This document shows, in pieces, positions 1 through 11,568 of a stretch of 64,000 nucleotides of DNA. The first letter of the stretch is position 1; each line of letters begins with the position of its first letter. The position numbers were made by a program, and so were the translations under genes. A model generated the notes under the pieces. That model saw only the letters and a program-made list of their open reading frames with translations, did no database searches and was not told the DNA's origin. Source of the stretch: Actinomycetes bacterium (GTDB taxonomy: Bacteria > Actinomycetota > Actinomycetes > Mycobacteriales > Mycobacteriaceae); assembly GCA_023415515.1 (NCBI GenBank), contig JAEZKH010000318.1, positions 242-64,241 of the forward strand, written 5' to 3'.

Positions 1-640
1 GCAGTGAATCCAGGATCGAGTGGAACATCTGGAGTCCGGCCAACAGGAATGCTCCCGCCACGGCAGCGGCGATCTTGCCGACCATCGCATCGGTTCCGTG
101 CTGCATGCGCGTCATCAAGGTGATCGCCATCCCGCCGAGCAGGGTCAACGCCACGGTCTCGGCCGTGACCGGCGCCGAGATGTAGTGCAAGGCCGATTCG
201 ATGGTCAGCGCACGCAGTTTCGGGAAGGCCGTCATGATCAGCCACATCAACAGCCACCCGCCGACGAGGTTGGCGATCAGCGTGCCGGACCACAGTTTCA
301 CCAGTTGTGCCACGCTGGCCCGCTTGGCCGCGACGGTGGTGACAGGCACAAGGAAGCCCTCGGTGAACAGCTCGCTGCGCCCGAGTAGGAGGGCGAGGAA
401 CCCGACCGAGAACGCCAAACCGGCGAGCAGCGGGTCATGCGTGGCGTGCAGCACCGACAGGTAGGCGAGCACCCCCATCGCCACCTCGGTGCCGCCGAAG
501 AACCCGGTGGCCAGCACCTCGCGCCAGGTTCGGTGGAGCCGCTGGGTGCCTTCGTCGACCATCCGCGCGAAGGCGTCTTCGAGCTCGTCTTCGATGGGAC
601 GGTCCGAGTCACCGAGTTCGCGCTGGCTCGTCTGGCTCAC
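1..640 (-). CDS. Formate/nitrite transporter (FNT) family protein, 3' end beyond the window edge
   Basis: Not in the ORF track (no stop inside the window). My translation from GTG 640 (AAAGGAAA upstream): MSQTSQRELGDSDRPIEDELEDAFARMVDEGTQRLHRTWREVLATGFFGG...LLLGRSELFTEGFLVP. Hydrophobic helices and an ELFT motif typical of FNT channels. Confidence 0.8.
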   Translation of the reverse strand, partial: MSQTSQRELGDSDRPIEDELEDAFARMVDEGTQRLHRTWREVLATGFFGGTEVAMGVLAYLSVLHATHDPLLAGLAFSVGFLALLLGRSELFTEGFLVPVTTVAAKRASVAQLVKLWSGTLIANLVGGWLLMWLIMTAFPKLRALTIESALHYISAPVTAETVALTLLGGMAITLMTRMQHGTDAMVGKIAAAVAGAFLLAGLQMFHSILDSL

Positions 641-684
641 AGGTGTTTCCTTTGCTCGCGTCGTCCGGGGAAGGACGACAGCGG

Positions 685-712
685 ATACCCACCCGCGCGC
701 TCGTCGAAAAGC
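685..712 (-). promoter_or_regulatory. Putative SigF-type promoter of the FNT gene
   Basis: Minus strand reads GCTTTT-N16-GGGTAT, ending 45 nt before the GTG; resembles the mycobacterial SigF consensus GTTT-N15-17-GGGTA. Confidence 0.45.
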
Positions 713-722
713 AGTGGCGTCC

Positions 723-1490
723 TCAGCGCAGATCGGCCGCCAGCGCCTTGCCCGCCTCGATCAGCAGCGGCACGGCCCGTTCGATCAGCCCATCTGTGAC
801 CCGGGCCTCGGGCCCGGAGATCGAAAGTGCCAGCCGCGACGGCGTGTCGGCGACCGCGACGGCCACGCAGCGCACGCCGGTTTCCTGCTCACTCTCGTCG
901 GTCGCGTATCCGTGCTCGACGGAGAAGGCGAGCGAAGCCATGAACTCGTCGGGGTCGGTGATGGTGGTGTCGGTGTGGCGCGGCATGCCGGAGCGGTCCA
1001 GGATCTCGCGCACCTCCTCGGCGGGCATGGTGGCCATGATCGCCTTGCCGACCGCGGTGCAGTGCGGCTCCACCCGGCGCCCCACTTCGGTGAACATCCG
1101 CATGGAGTGCCGCGACTGGGCCTGGGCGACATAGACGATCTCGTCGCCGTCGAGCATTGCCAGGTTCGCCGATTCGCCGAGTTCGTCGACGAGCCTTGCC
1201 AAATGGGGACGCGCCCACACGCTGAGCATCCGCGACGATGCGTCACCCAGCCGGATCAGGCGCGGACCGAGAACGTACTGCCGCGACGACTCCTGGCGGA
1301 TGTAGCCGAGATCGACCAGTGTCCGCAGCAACCGGTGGATCGTGGGGAGCGGAAGTCCGGACTGGTTGGCGAGCTGCGACAGCGCGATCGTGCCGCCTGC
1401 GTCGGCCATCAATTCGAGCAACGAGAATGCGCGCCCGATGGACTGCACCGACCCGGTGCGAGTCTTGGGTTCGGGCGCCGCGTGGGCCAT
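723..1490 (-). CDS. IclR-family regulator, AllR-like (allantoin/glyoxylate repressor)
   Basis: GSVQSIGRAFSLLELMA...LPLPTIHRLLRTL HTH; C-terminal HCTAVGKA and GVRCVAV effector-domain motifs; divergent from the allantoin genes. Start trimmed to ATG 1490. Confidence 0.9.
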   Translation of the reverse strand: MAHAAPEPKTRTGSVQSIGRAFSLLELMADAGGTIALSQLANQSGLPLPTIHRLLRTLVDLGYIRQESSRQYVLGPRLIRLGDASSRMLSVWARPHLARLVDELGESANLAMLDGDEIVYVAQAQSRHSMRMFTEVGRRVEPHCTAVGKAIMATMPAEEVREILDRSGMPRHTDTTITDPDEFMASLAFSVEHGYATDESEQETGVRCVAVAVADTPSRLALSISGPEARVTDGLIERAVPLLIEAGKALAADLR

Positions 1491-1515
1491 GGCGTCGTCC
1501 TTTTCCGGGGGATTC

Positions 1516-1558
1516 TGTTTTCCGCCATCGGAGATATTATCTCCGCGATACGAAAACA
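1516..1558. promoter_or_regulatory. Tandem IclR/AllR-type operator in the divergent promoter
   Basis: TGTTTTCCGCCATCGGAGATA-T-TATCTCCGCGATACGAAAACA, an imperfect 43-bp palindrome with perfect core CGGAGATA-T-TATCTCCG (1529-1545); a related copy lies at 2896-2933. Confidence 0.6.
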
Positions 1559-1582
1559 TCGAGCCCAGCGAGGTGATATTCG

Positions 1583-2839
1583 ATGGCCGCCGACGGCACA
1601 CTCGCCGATGAGCTCGACGCGCGTCTCGCCGACGCCGACGCCGCCCTGGTGGCGTCCTATCGCGGTGACCGTGGACGCCGACAGCCCGTGCACACGGTGT
1701 ACGTCCCGGCGGACCGCTATGACGCCGCCACCGTCGGTGACTGGGCCGAGCAGGCGAGAACGGTCCTGGCCGCACACGGCGGCTCGGCATCCGAACTGGC
1801 TGACGCCCTCGATCTGCGGCCGGACATGGCAAGCGACATTCGCGACCGCATCGAGCGCAAACTCGAGTCCGAGCCGATCGAAGATCTGCGCATCGATTTC
1901 GAGGACGGCTACGGCGTCCGGCCCGACGAGGACGAGGACGCCGCGACGACGGCCGCCGCACGGAACCTCGCGGCATCGGTGGCCTCGGGGACCGCCGCAC
2001 CGTTTCACGGCATCCGGATCAAGAGCTTCGAGGCGCCCTGGCGCCGTCGCGGCGTGCGCACGCTCGAGATGTTCGTCGGCACCCTCGTCGAAGCGGGCGG
2101 GCTGAGCGGCGGTTTCGTCGTCACGCTGCCGAAGGTGACATCCGTCGAGCAGGTCGAGGCTTTCGACTACGCACTGGGCAGTGTCGAGGCGTCCTGTGCG
2201 CTGCCGCCCGGCACCCTTCGCTTCGAGATCCAGGTCGAAACGCCGCAGGCGATCCTCGGTGCCGACGGCACCGCGCTGATCGCGCGCATGATCCATGCGG
2301 GGGGTGAGCGCGTCACCGGCCTGCACTACGGGACATACGACTACTCCGCGGCGCTCGGGGTGGCGGCCGGCTACCAGAGCCTCGACCATCCCGTCGCCGA
2401 CCATGCCAAAGCAGTGATGCAGGTAGCCGCCGCCGGCACAGGGGTTTTCGTGTCCGACGGATCGACGAACGTGGTGCCTGCTGGAGATCGCGAAACAGTG
2501 CACGCTGCATGGCAATTGCATTCACGGTTGGTTCGGCGTTCTCTCGCGCGCGGGATCTATCAGGGCTGGGACATGCACCCGGCGCAGCTACCGAGCCGTT
2601 TCGGCGCGACGTACTCGTTCTACCGGGAGGGGCTGGCCGGCGCGGCCGAACGGCTACGCGCCTATGTGCACGGTGGACAGTCGGGGTTTCTCGACGAGCC
2701 CGCCACGGCTGCGGCGATGGCCGGTTTCCTGTTGCGCGGTCTCGAGTGCGGCGCCGTCGCCGCGGTGGAACTCGACGAGCGGGTCGGGGTGGACCCTGAC
2801 AGGCTTGCAGTGCTCGCGAAGCGTCGCGTGCCCGCCTGA
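1583..2839 (+). CDS. HpcH/CitE-like aldolase-lyase (DUF6986-type) associated with allantoin clusters
   Basis: RIDFEDGYG, TLPKV, FEIQVET, LHYGTYDYSAALG and GWDMHPAQL match the DxED / PK / ET / GxxD / HPxQ pattern of CitE/malyl-CoA lyase TIM barrels. Confidence 0.75.
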   Translation: MAADGTLADELDARLADADAALVASYRGDRGRRQPVHTVYVPADRYDAATVGDWAEQARTVLAAHGGSASELADALDLRPDMASDIRDRIERKLESEPIEDLRIDFEDGYGVRPDEDEDAATTAAARNLAASVASGTAAPFHGIRIKSFEAPWRRRGVRTLEMFVGTLVEAGGLSGGFVVTLPKVTSVEQVEAFDYALGSVEASCALPPGTLRFEIQVETPQAILGADGTALIARMIHAGGERVTGLHYGTYDYSAALGVAAGYQSLDHPVADHAKAVMQVAAAGTGVFVSDGSTNVVPAGDRETVHAAWQLHSRLVRRSLARGIYQGWDMHPAQLPSRFGATYSFYREGLAGAAERLRAYVHGGQSGFLDEPATAAAMAGFLLRGLECGAVAAVELDERVGVDPDRLAVLAKRRVPA

Positions 2840-2895
2840 TCGTCTGCCGGCCGGATGAGTCGGCTCTTGACAGAGCTGTGTGATGGCGGCCACAC

Positions 2896-2933
2896 TATCG
2901 TTAATCGGAAATAAACATCCGCAATACGGAAAA
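2896..2933 (+). promoter_or_regulatory. Second AllR-type operator upstream of the racemase operon
   Basis: AT-rich TATCGTTAATCGGAAATAAACATCCGCAATACGGAAAA aligns with ATCGGAGATATTATCTCCGCGATACGAAAA at 1527-1556. Confidence 0.55.
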
Positions 2934-2967
2934 ATGCAGGATGGTCGTCACGTCCGGGAGCGCAAGA

Positions 2968-3708
2968 GTGAGAATTCTCGTCGTCAACGTCAACACCACC
3001 GTTGCCATGACCGATGCGATCGCCGCGTCGGCGCGCTCGGTTGCCTCGCCGGGCACTGAAATCATCGGTCTGACACCGAGTTTCGGCGCCGAGTCGGTTG
3101 AGGGCAACTTCGAGAGCTATCTTGCCGCGGTCGGAGTGATGGACGTCGTCTCCCGCTATGACGGTTCGTATGACGCCGTGGTGCAGGCCGGTTTCGGCGA
3201 GCACGGCCGTGAGGGCCTGCAGGAGTTGTGTGACGTTCCCGTCGTCGACATCACCGAAGCCGCGGGACACGTGGCATCGCTTCTCGGCCACAAGTACTCC
3301 GTGGTGACCACTCTCGACCGCACGGTCCCGCTCATCGAGGACCGACTAAAGCTCGCAGGCCTCGACGCCAGGTGCGCGTCGGTGCGCTCGAGTGGCATGT
3401 CCGTCCTCGAACTGGAGGAGCGGCCGAAGGATGCCGTGAAGGCCATCGTCGCCGAGGCCGAACTCGCCGTCAGCCACGACGGGGCCGAGGTCATCTGCCT
3501 CGGGTGCGGCGGAATGGCAGGCCTCGACGAGGCGGTCGCCGATGCTACCGGGGTGCCCGTCGTCGACGGCGTCACCGCCGCGGTCAAGCTCGCCGAGGCG
3601 TTGGTCGAGCTCGGTCTGACGACAAGCAAGACAAGGACTTTCGCCGCACCCCGCCACAAGCGACTGAGCGGTTGGCCACTGTCGCCCGGTACCGCCCACA
3701 TGAAGTGA
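2968..3708 (+). CDS. Asp/Glu/hydantoin racemase family, probable allantoin racemase
   Basis: MRILVVNVNTT N-terminus (GTG 2968), VQAGFGEHG, ICLGCGGM, PVVDGV; allantoin context. Confidence 0.85.
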   Translation: MRILVVNVNTTVAMTDAIAASARSVASPGTEIIGLTPSFGAESVEGNFESYLAAVGVMDVVSRYDGSYDAVVQAGFGEHGREGLQELCDVPVVDITEAAGHVASLLGHKYSVVTTLDRTVPLIEDRLKLAGLDARCASVRSSGMSVLELEERPKDAVKAIVAEAELAVSHDGAEVICLGCGGMAGLDEAVADATGVPVVDGVTAAVKLAEALVELGLTTSKTRTFAAPRHKRLSGWPLSPGTAHMK

Positions 3709-3731
3709 CCCCTCCCGATCGAAGGAACGCG

Positions 3732-5222
3732 ATGCCAACCCAGGAATTCGACCCCGCCGCACTGGCCGCACAGGATCCGGACGGACGCCTCTACAACGCC
3801 GATCTGAAACCCGCGGAACCCGACGAGCGCAAATGGTCGACCTACAGCCTGTTCTCGCTGTGGATGAACGACGCGCACAACGCGGGCAACTACACTTTCG
3901 CGGCTGGTCTGTTCCTTCTCGGGCTCAGCCCGATCCAGGTGACGCTCGGCATCCTCGGTGGCGCGCTGATCATTTTCGCGGGTTGCTGCATGTCCGGCTT
4001 CATGGGCCACGACACCGGAACACCCTATCCCGTCGTGTCTCGGATGTCGTGGGGCATCTGGGGCGCCAACTTCCCTGCGCTGGTGCGCGGCGCGGTGGCG
4101 ATCGCGTGGTACGGCATCCAGACCTACCTCGCCTCCATCGCCCTGAAAGTCCTTCTGCTGCATTTCTTCCCCGGTATGCAGGGGCTGGCCGAGACGCGGG
4201 TGCTGGGTCTCGACATCGTCGGATGGATTGCGTTCCTGCTGCTGTGGGCCATCCAAATGATGATCGTGGCCAAGGGGATGGAGGCCGTCAGACACTTCCA
4301 GGGGTGGGCGGGCCCGGCGATCTGGGTGGTGATGATCGCGCTTGCGGTGTGGATGCTTTCGCAGGCCGACTGGAACATCTCGTGGACCCGAGGCGGCGGC
4401 GATGCGAATCTGTCGTCGGGCGAACAGGTCTATCAAACCATCGCGGCGGTGGGCCTCACCGTCGGCGTGCTGGCGACATTGATGCTCAACTTCTCTGATT
4501 TCGCCCGGTTCGCACCGTCGCGGCGCGCCGTCGTCTTGGGCAACGCGTGGGGCCTTCCGTTCAACTGGACGGCGTTCGCGTTGACGTCGGTCGTGGTGTC
4601 CGCCGCATCGGTCTCGGTGTACGGGGAGGCCGTTCTCGACCCGGCCGAACTTCTCGAGAAGGTCGACAGCGACATCATCATGCTTCTGGGCAGCGCGGTT
4701 TTCGTCATCGCCACGATCGGCGTGAACATCGTCGCGAATTTCGTCTCTGCGGCCTACGATCTGTCCAACGTCAACCCGAAGCGGATCAGTTTCCGCAAGG
4801 GCGGCATCATCACGTCGATTCTCGCCCTCGTTTCGATGCCGTGGAACCTCTACAACAGCCCCGACGTCATCGCCTACTTCCTCGGCGGTCTCGGTGCACT
4901 GCTCGGCCCGTTCTTCGGAATCCTTGCGCTGGACTACTTCTGGTACCGCAAGGGCCGCTTCAGCATCACCGACATGTATCTGCCGACGCCGGAGTCACAG
5001 TACTACTACCGAAAGGGACTCAACCCCAACGCGGTCAAGGCGTTCGTGCCGTCGGCTGTCATCGCGCTGGTTCTGGCGCTGGTGCCGACGTTCGGCAAGG
5101 TCGCGCCGTTCGGGTGGTTCATCGGCGCGGCGCTCGGCGCCGTTGCCTACTACCTCGTCACCCGCGGCCGCCCGCTGGCCGAAGCGCCGGGCGACGCCCC
5201 TGAGCGGTTGCAGGAAGCCTGA
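3732..5222 (+). CDS. NCS1 nucleobase:cation symporter (allantoin/hydantoin permease) copy 1
   Basis: LYNADLKP, WYGIQT, NFSDFARF, NIVANFVS, PWNL; about 12 TM segments; GAAGGA RBS before ATG 3732. Confidence 0.9.
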   Translation: MPTQEFDPAALAAQDPDGRLYNADLKPAEPDERKWSTYSLFSLWMNDAHNAGNYTFAAGLFLLGLSPIQVTLGILGGALIIFAGCCMSGFMGHDTGTPYPVVSRMSWGIWGANFPALVRGAVAIAWYGIQTYLASIALKVLLLHFFPGMQGLAETRVLGLDIVGWIAFLLLWAIQMMIVAKGMEAVRHFQGWAGPAIWVVMIALAVWMLSQADWNISWTRGGGDANLSSGEQVYQTIAAVGLTVGVLATLMLNFSDFARFAPSRRAVVLGNAWGLPFNWTAFALTSVVVSAASVSVYGEAVLDPAELLEKVDSDIIMLLGSAVFVIATIGVNIVANFVSAAYDLSNVNPKRISFRKGGIITSILALVSMPWNLYNSPDVIAYFLGGLGALLGPFFGILALDYFWYRKGRFSITDMYLPTPESQYYYRKGLNPNAVKAFVPSAVIALVLALVPTFGKVAPFGWFIGAALGAVAYYLVTRGRPLAEAPGDAPERLQEA

Positions 5223-5226
5223 TTTC

Positions 5227-6018
5227 ATGAACCACCCACTTCCGTACGAGGTCAACTGCTCGATCCTGTTCACCGAACTGCCGCTGCTGAAGCGGCCCGA
5301 GGCGGCCAAGCGCGCGGGCTTCGGCGGCGTCGAGTTCTGGTGGCCGTTCGAGGCGGCGGTGCCCGCCGACAAGGACGTCGATGCGTTCACCGCCGCGATC
5401 GAGAACGCAGGCGTGCAACTGGTGGGGCTGAACTTCTTCGCAGGCGACATGGCGGGCGGTGACCGCGGTCTCGTGTCGTGGCCCGCCCGCTGCGCGGAGT
5501 TCCGGGACAACATCGACGTCACCGTCGGCATCGGCGAACGGTTGGGCTGCAAGGCATTCAACGCGCTGTACGGCAACCGCGTCGACGGTGAAGCAAGGCA
5601 GGACCAGGACGACCTCGGCGCCGAGAACCTGGCGCTGGCAGCAAAGGCGGCCGCGCGCATCGGCGGGACGGTGCTTGTCGAGCCAGTCAGCGGTGCGCCC
5701 GCCTACCCGCTGCTGACCGCCGCGGATGCGCTCGCGGTGATCGATCGCGCCGGCGAACCGAACATCGCGCTGCTCGCCGACCTCTACCACCTCGCCGTCA
5801 ACGGCGACGACGTGGACGAGGTCATCGCCGACCACGCCGGTCGGATCGGGCACGTGCAGATCGCCGACGCGCCGGGGCGCCACGAGCCAGGCACCGGCGA
5901 GCTTCCGCTGCTCGCACAGCTCACCGGTCTCCGCGACGCGGGATACGACGGGTGGGTCGGCCTCGAATACAAACCGTCCGCCGCCTCCGCCGACAGCTTC
6001 GGCTGGATCACAAGCTAG
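5227..6018 (+). CDS. hyi: Hydroxypyruvate isomerase
   Basis: VNCSILFTELP, GFGGVEFWWP, DLYHL, HVQIADAPGRHEPGTG, GLEYKP. Confidence 0.92.
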   Translation: MNHPLPYEVNCSILFTELPLLKRPEAAKRAGFGGVEFWWPFEAAVPADKDVDAFTAAIENAGVQLVGLNFFAGDMAGGDRGLVSWPARCAEFRDNIDVTVGIGERLGCKAFNALYGNRVDGEARQDQDDLGAENLALAAKAAARIGGTVLVEPVSGAPAYPLLTAADALAVIDRAGEPNIALLADLYHLAVNGDDVDEVIADHAGRIGHVQIADAPGRHEPGTGELPLLAQLTGLRDAGYDGWVGLEYKPSAASADSFGWITS

Positions 6019-6030
6019 GGAGCAGTCCAC

Positions 6031-6911
6031 ATGACGAACATCGCCTTCATCGGCCTCGGCATCATGGGCAGCCCGATGGCTGTCCACCTCGCCGAGGCCG
6101 GTCACGAGGTCGTCGGCTACAACCGCACACCCGAGAAGTCAGATCCGCTGGTCGCGGCGGGCGGACGCGCGGCGGAATCCATCGCCGACGCCGTCAGAGA
6201 CGCCGACGTGGTATGCGTGATGGTTCCCGACTCGCCCGACGTCGTCGATGTGCTCGCCGGTGAGGGCGGGGTGTTCGACAGCGCGAAGTCAGGCACCCTG
6301 ATCATCGACTTCTCCAGCATTCGCCCCGACGTCACAACCGATCTGGCCGAGCAGGCTGCCGCCAAGGACATGAGGTTGGTCGACGCACCCGTCTCCGGCG
6401 GCGAGGCGGGTGCGAAGAACGCTGCGCTGTCGATCATGGTCGGCGGCGAAACCGCCGATTTCGAAGCCGCTCGGCCCATCCTGGAAACGGTGGGAAAAAC
6501 GATCGTTCACGTCGGTCCGAGCGGCGCGGGCCAGACCGTCAAGGCCGCCAACCAGCTCATCGTCGCCGCGAACATCCAGGCGCTGGCCGAAGCAGTCGTC
6601 TTCCTCGAGGCGTACGGCGTCGACACCGCCGCCGCTCTCGAGGTGCTCGGTGGCGGGCTGGCCGGCTCCAAGGTGCTCGACCAGAAGAAGCAGAACATGC
6701 TCGACCGGTCGTTCGACCCGGGATTCCGAATCGCGCTGCACCACAAGGATCTCGGCATCCTCACTGCGGCCGCCAGGGAGGCGGGCGTCGTGGTGCCGCT
6801 CGGTGGCCTGGTCGCCCAGTTGATGGCCAGCGCGCTGGCCAACGGCGACGGCGGCCTCGACCACTCCGCGATGTTGCGCGGCGTCGAGCGGCTGAGCGGA
6901 AGGACTCGTTC

Positions 6912-6915
<4 letters not shown>
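6031..6915 (+). CDS. glxR: 2-hydroxy-3-oxopropionate (tartronate semialdehyde) reductase
   Basis: [14 protein letters not shown]ossmann motif, [28 protein letters not shown]; lies between hyi and gcl. Confidence 0.92.
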
Positions 6916-8690
<1,775 letters not shown>

Positions 8691-8755
8691 CGACCGCACC
8701 GGCGGTTGTCGGGAGAAGGTAGACCCGATCGCATCCGAGGACGAAGGTAGGAGCC

Positions 8756-10231
8756 ATGAGCGACACCACCATCGACAGGCCTGACGATTTCGAGCCGAGC
8801 GAACGTCTGTACAACGCCGACCTCGCGCCGGCCACGGAACGGAACTGGGGCACCTACAGCCTGTTCGCCATGTGGATGTCCGACGTGCACAGCATCGGCG
8901 GCTACACGTTCGCCGCGGGGCTGTTCTTCACCGGGCTCGTCGGCTGGCAGGTGTTCGTCGCGTTGGTGTTGGGCATCACCGTCGTGTTCTTCCTGATGAA
9001 CCTCACCGGTTTCGCGGGCCAGGCCACCGGCGTGCCGTATCCGGTGATCGCGCGCATCTCCTTCGGTGTGTTCGGAGCCAACCTGGCGGCGCTGATCCGG
9101 GCGGTGATCGCCATCGCCTGGTACGGCATCCAGACCTGGCTTGCCTCCCAGGCGGTCGTCGTGCTCGCGGTCGCCGCGTGGCCCGCCGTCGCCGACCACC
9201 GCGGTGCGACATTCCTGGGCCTCGACATGCTCGGCTGGGCGGCCTTCCTGGTGTTGTGGGTGCTGCAGCTGCTGGTCATCCGGCGCGGTATGGAGACCGT
9301 GCGGCGGTTCCAGGACTGGGCGGGCCCGGCCATCTGGGTGGTGATGTTCGTGCTGGCGATCTGGATCGTCGTCGAGGCCGGGTCGGACTTCTCGCTGAAC
9401 CTCACCGATGACCAGAAGTCGGGCGGCGCGGCGGTGCACGCCTTCTTCGTCGCGATCGCGCTCACGATCACCTACTTCTCGACGCTGCTGCTGAACTTCT
9501 GCGACTTCTCCAGATTCGCGCCGAACCGGGCGACCGTCGTCCGCGGCAACTTCTGGGGTCTGCCCGTCAACTTCATGGCGTTCGCCATCGTCACCGTGGC
9601 CGTCACCGCGGGCAGCATCGCGGTGTTCGGTGAGGCGATCACCGATCCCGTCGAGATCGTCGCGAGAATCGACAACATCTGGGTGACGATCATCGGGGCC
9701 GTCACCTTCGTCATCGCCACGATCGGCATCAACGTCGTCGCCAATTTCGTGTCGGCCTCCTACGACCTCGCCAACGTCGCGCCCAAGTACATCGACTTCC
9801 GGCGCGGCGGTTTGATCAGCGCGATCGTGGCCGTGGTGATCACCCCGTGGCACCTCTACAGCAGCCCGGCGGCGATCTTCTACTTCCTCGGCGGGCTCGG
9901 CGCGCTGCTCGGGCCCATCTTCGGTGTCATCTTCACCGACTATTTCCTCCTGCGCCGGCAACGCGTCTCGGTCGACGAGCTGTACCTCGACGACCCGCGC
10001 AGCCGCTACTTCTACAAGCGCGGCTGGAACCCGAAGGCGTTGATCGCAGGCACCGTCGCGGCGGCGTTCTCGCTGTTCCTCGCGCTCTTCAAACCCTGGC
10101 AGGATTGGGCGCCGTTCTCCTGGTTCGTCGGCGTGGTCATCGCGGCGGTGTTGTACTACGCGATCTCCGCGCGGGACTTCGCCCAGCCCGAACTGGCCTC
10201 GACGACGCGCGCCGAGGAGGAACAGCCATGA
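8756..10231 (+). CDS. NCS1 nucleobase:cation symporter copy 2
   Basis: LYNADLAP, WMSDVHSIGGYTFAAGLF, WYGIQT, NFCDFSRF, NVVANFVS; paralog of 3732-5222. Confidence 0.92.
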   Translation: MSDTTIDRPDDFEPSERLYNADLAPATERNWGTYSLFAMWMSDVHSIGGYTFAAGLFFTGLVGWQVFVALVLGITVVFFLMNLTGFAGQATGVPYPVIARISFGVFGANLAALIRAVIAIAWYGIQTWLASQAVVVLAVAAWPAVADHRGATFLGLDMLGWAAFLVLWVLQLLVIRRGMETVRRFQDWAGPAIWVVMFVLAIWIVVEAGSDFSLNLTDDQKSGGAAVHAFFVAIALTITYFSTLLLNFCDFSRFAPNRATVVRGNFWGLPVNFMAFAIVTVAVTAGSIAVFGEAITDPVEIVARIDNIWVTIIGAVTFVIATIGINVVANFVSASYDLANVAPKYIDFRRGGLISAIVAVVITPWHLYSSPAAIFYFLGGLGALLGPIFGVIFTDYFLLRRQRVSVDELYLDDPRSRYFYKRGWNPKALIAGTVAAAFSLFLALFKPWQDWAPFSWFVGVVIAAVLYYAISARDFAQPELASTTRAEEEQP

Positions 10232-11568
10232 CCGAACTCGACCTGGTGATCCGCGCGCCGCGCGTGGTGAGCACGGCGGGCGAGGTGAGCCGAATCGTCG
10301 GCGTCAAGGACGGCACGGTCGTCGCCATCGAGCCGCTCGAGTCGGATCTGACCGCCCCGCACGTGATCGAGTTGGGGTTCGACGAGGCATTGCTGCCCGG
10401 CGTGATCGACTCGCACGTGCACGTCAACGATCCGGGCCGCACCGAATGGGAGGGCTTCGCCAGCGCGACGAGGGCGGCCGCCGCGGGCGGCGTCACGACG
10501 CTGATCGACATGCCGCTCAACAGCATTCCGCCGACCGTGGACGTCGCGGCGCTCGAGGTGAAACGCAAGACCGCGCAGACGCAGGCCTTCATCGACGTAG
10601 GGTTCTGGGGCGGCGCCGTCCCAGGAAACGTGGCAGACCTGCGACCGTTGTACGACGCGGGCGTCTTCGGTTTCAAGTGCTTCCTGTTGCACTCCGGTGT
10701 CGACGAGTTCCCGCCGGTCGACCCGGGACAGCTCGAGGCGGCGATGCGCGAGATCGCGTCATTCGACGGGCTTCTGATCGTGCATGCCGAGGACACCCAC
10801 GCAATCGAAAGGGCACCGACGGCGCATGGAGAGACGTACTCGAACTTCCTGTCGTCGCGGCCGAGGGGTGCGGAGAACCTCGCCATCGCGCAGCTGATCG
10901 AGCTGGCCCGGTGGACCGGGTGCCGGGTGCACATCCTGCACGTCTCCAGCTCGGATGCGCTACCGATGATCGCTTCGGCGCGGCGCGACGGGATCGCGAT
11001 CACGGCGGAGACGTGTCCGCACTACCTGACGTTCACCGCTGAGGAGATCCCAGACGGCGCAACGCAATACAAGTGTTGCCCGCCGATAAGGGAGGGCGGC
11101 AACCGGGAACTGCTGTGGCAGGGGCTGCGCGACGGTGTCATCGACATGGTCGTCACCGACCACTCGCCATCCACCATCGAGTTGAAGTGCCTCGACATCG
11201 GCGACTTCGGTGTCGCATGGGGTGGTATCTCGTCGCTGCAGATCGGTCTTTCAGCGGTGTGGACGCAGGCGCGTCAGCGTGGTTTCGATCTGGTCGACGT
11301 CTGCCGCTGGATGTGTCAGGCTCCCGCCAAGCAGACCGGTCTTCGTCGCAAGGGCCGCATCGACATCGGATACGACGCCGACTTCTGTGTGTTCGCACCC
11401 GACGACGCATTCGTCGTCGACGCCCACCGGCTACACCACAAGAACGCGATCACCCCGTATGACGGGCGCCCACTGGCCGGTCGGGTGCGCAGTACATGGT
11501 TGCGGGGCGAAAGGATCGACATCGACGACAAACCGCAGGGCCGATTGCTGACGAGGGGGGCGGCATGA
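10228..11568 (+). CDS. allB: Allantoinase
   Basis: DSHVHVNDPGRTEWEGF, GGVTTLIDMPLNSIP, GFKCF, ETCPHYL, KCCPPIR, TDHSP; ATG 10228 after GAGGAGG, ATGA overlap with the permease. Confidence 0.95.
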   Translation: MTELDLVIRAPRVVSTAGEVSRIVGVKDGTVVAIEPLESDLTAPHVIELGFDEALLPGVIDSHVHVNDPGRTEWEGFASATRAAAAGGVTTLIDMPLNSIPPTVDVAALEVKRKTAQTQAFIDVGFWGGAVPGNVADLRPLYDAGVFGFKCFLLHSGVDEFPPVDPGQLEAAMREIASFDGLLIVHAEDTHAIERAPTAHGETYSNFLSSRPRGAENLAIAQLIELARWTGCRVHILHVSSSDALPMIASARRDGIAITAETCPHYLTFTAEEIPDGATQYKCCPPIREGGNRELLWQGLRDGVIDMVVTDHSPSTIELKCLDIGDFGVAWGGISSLQIGLSAVWTQARQRGFDLVDVCRWMCQAPAKQTGLRRKGRIDIGYDADFCVFAPDDAFVVDAHRLHHKNAITPYDGRPLAGRVRSTWLRGERIDIDDKPQGRLLTRGAA

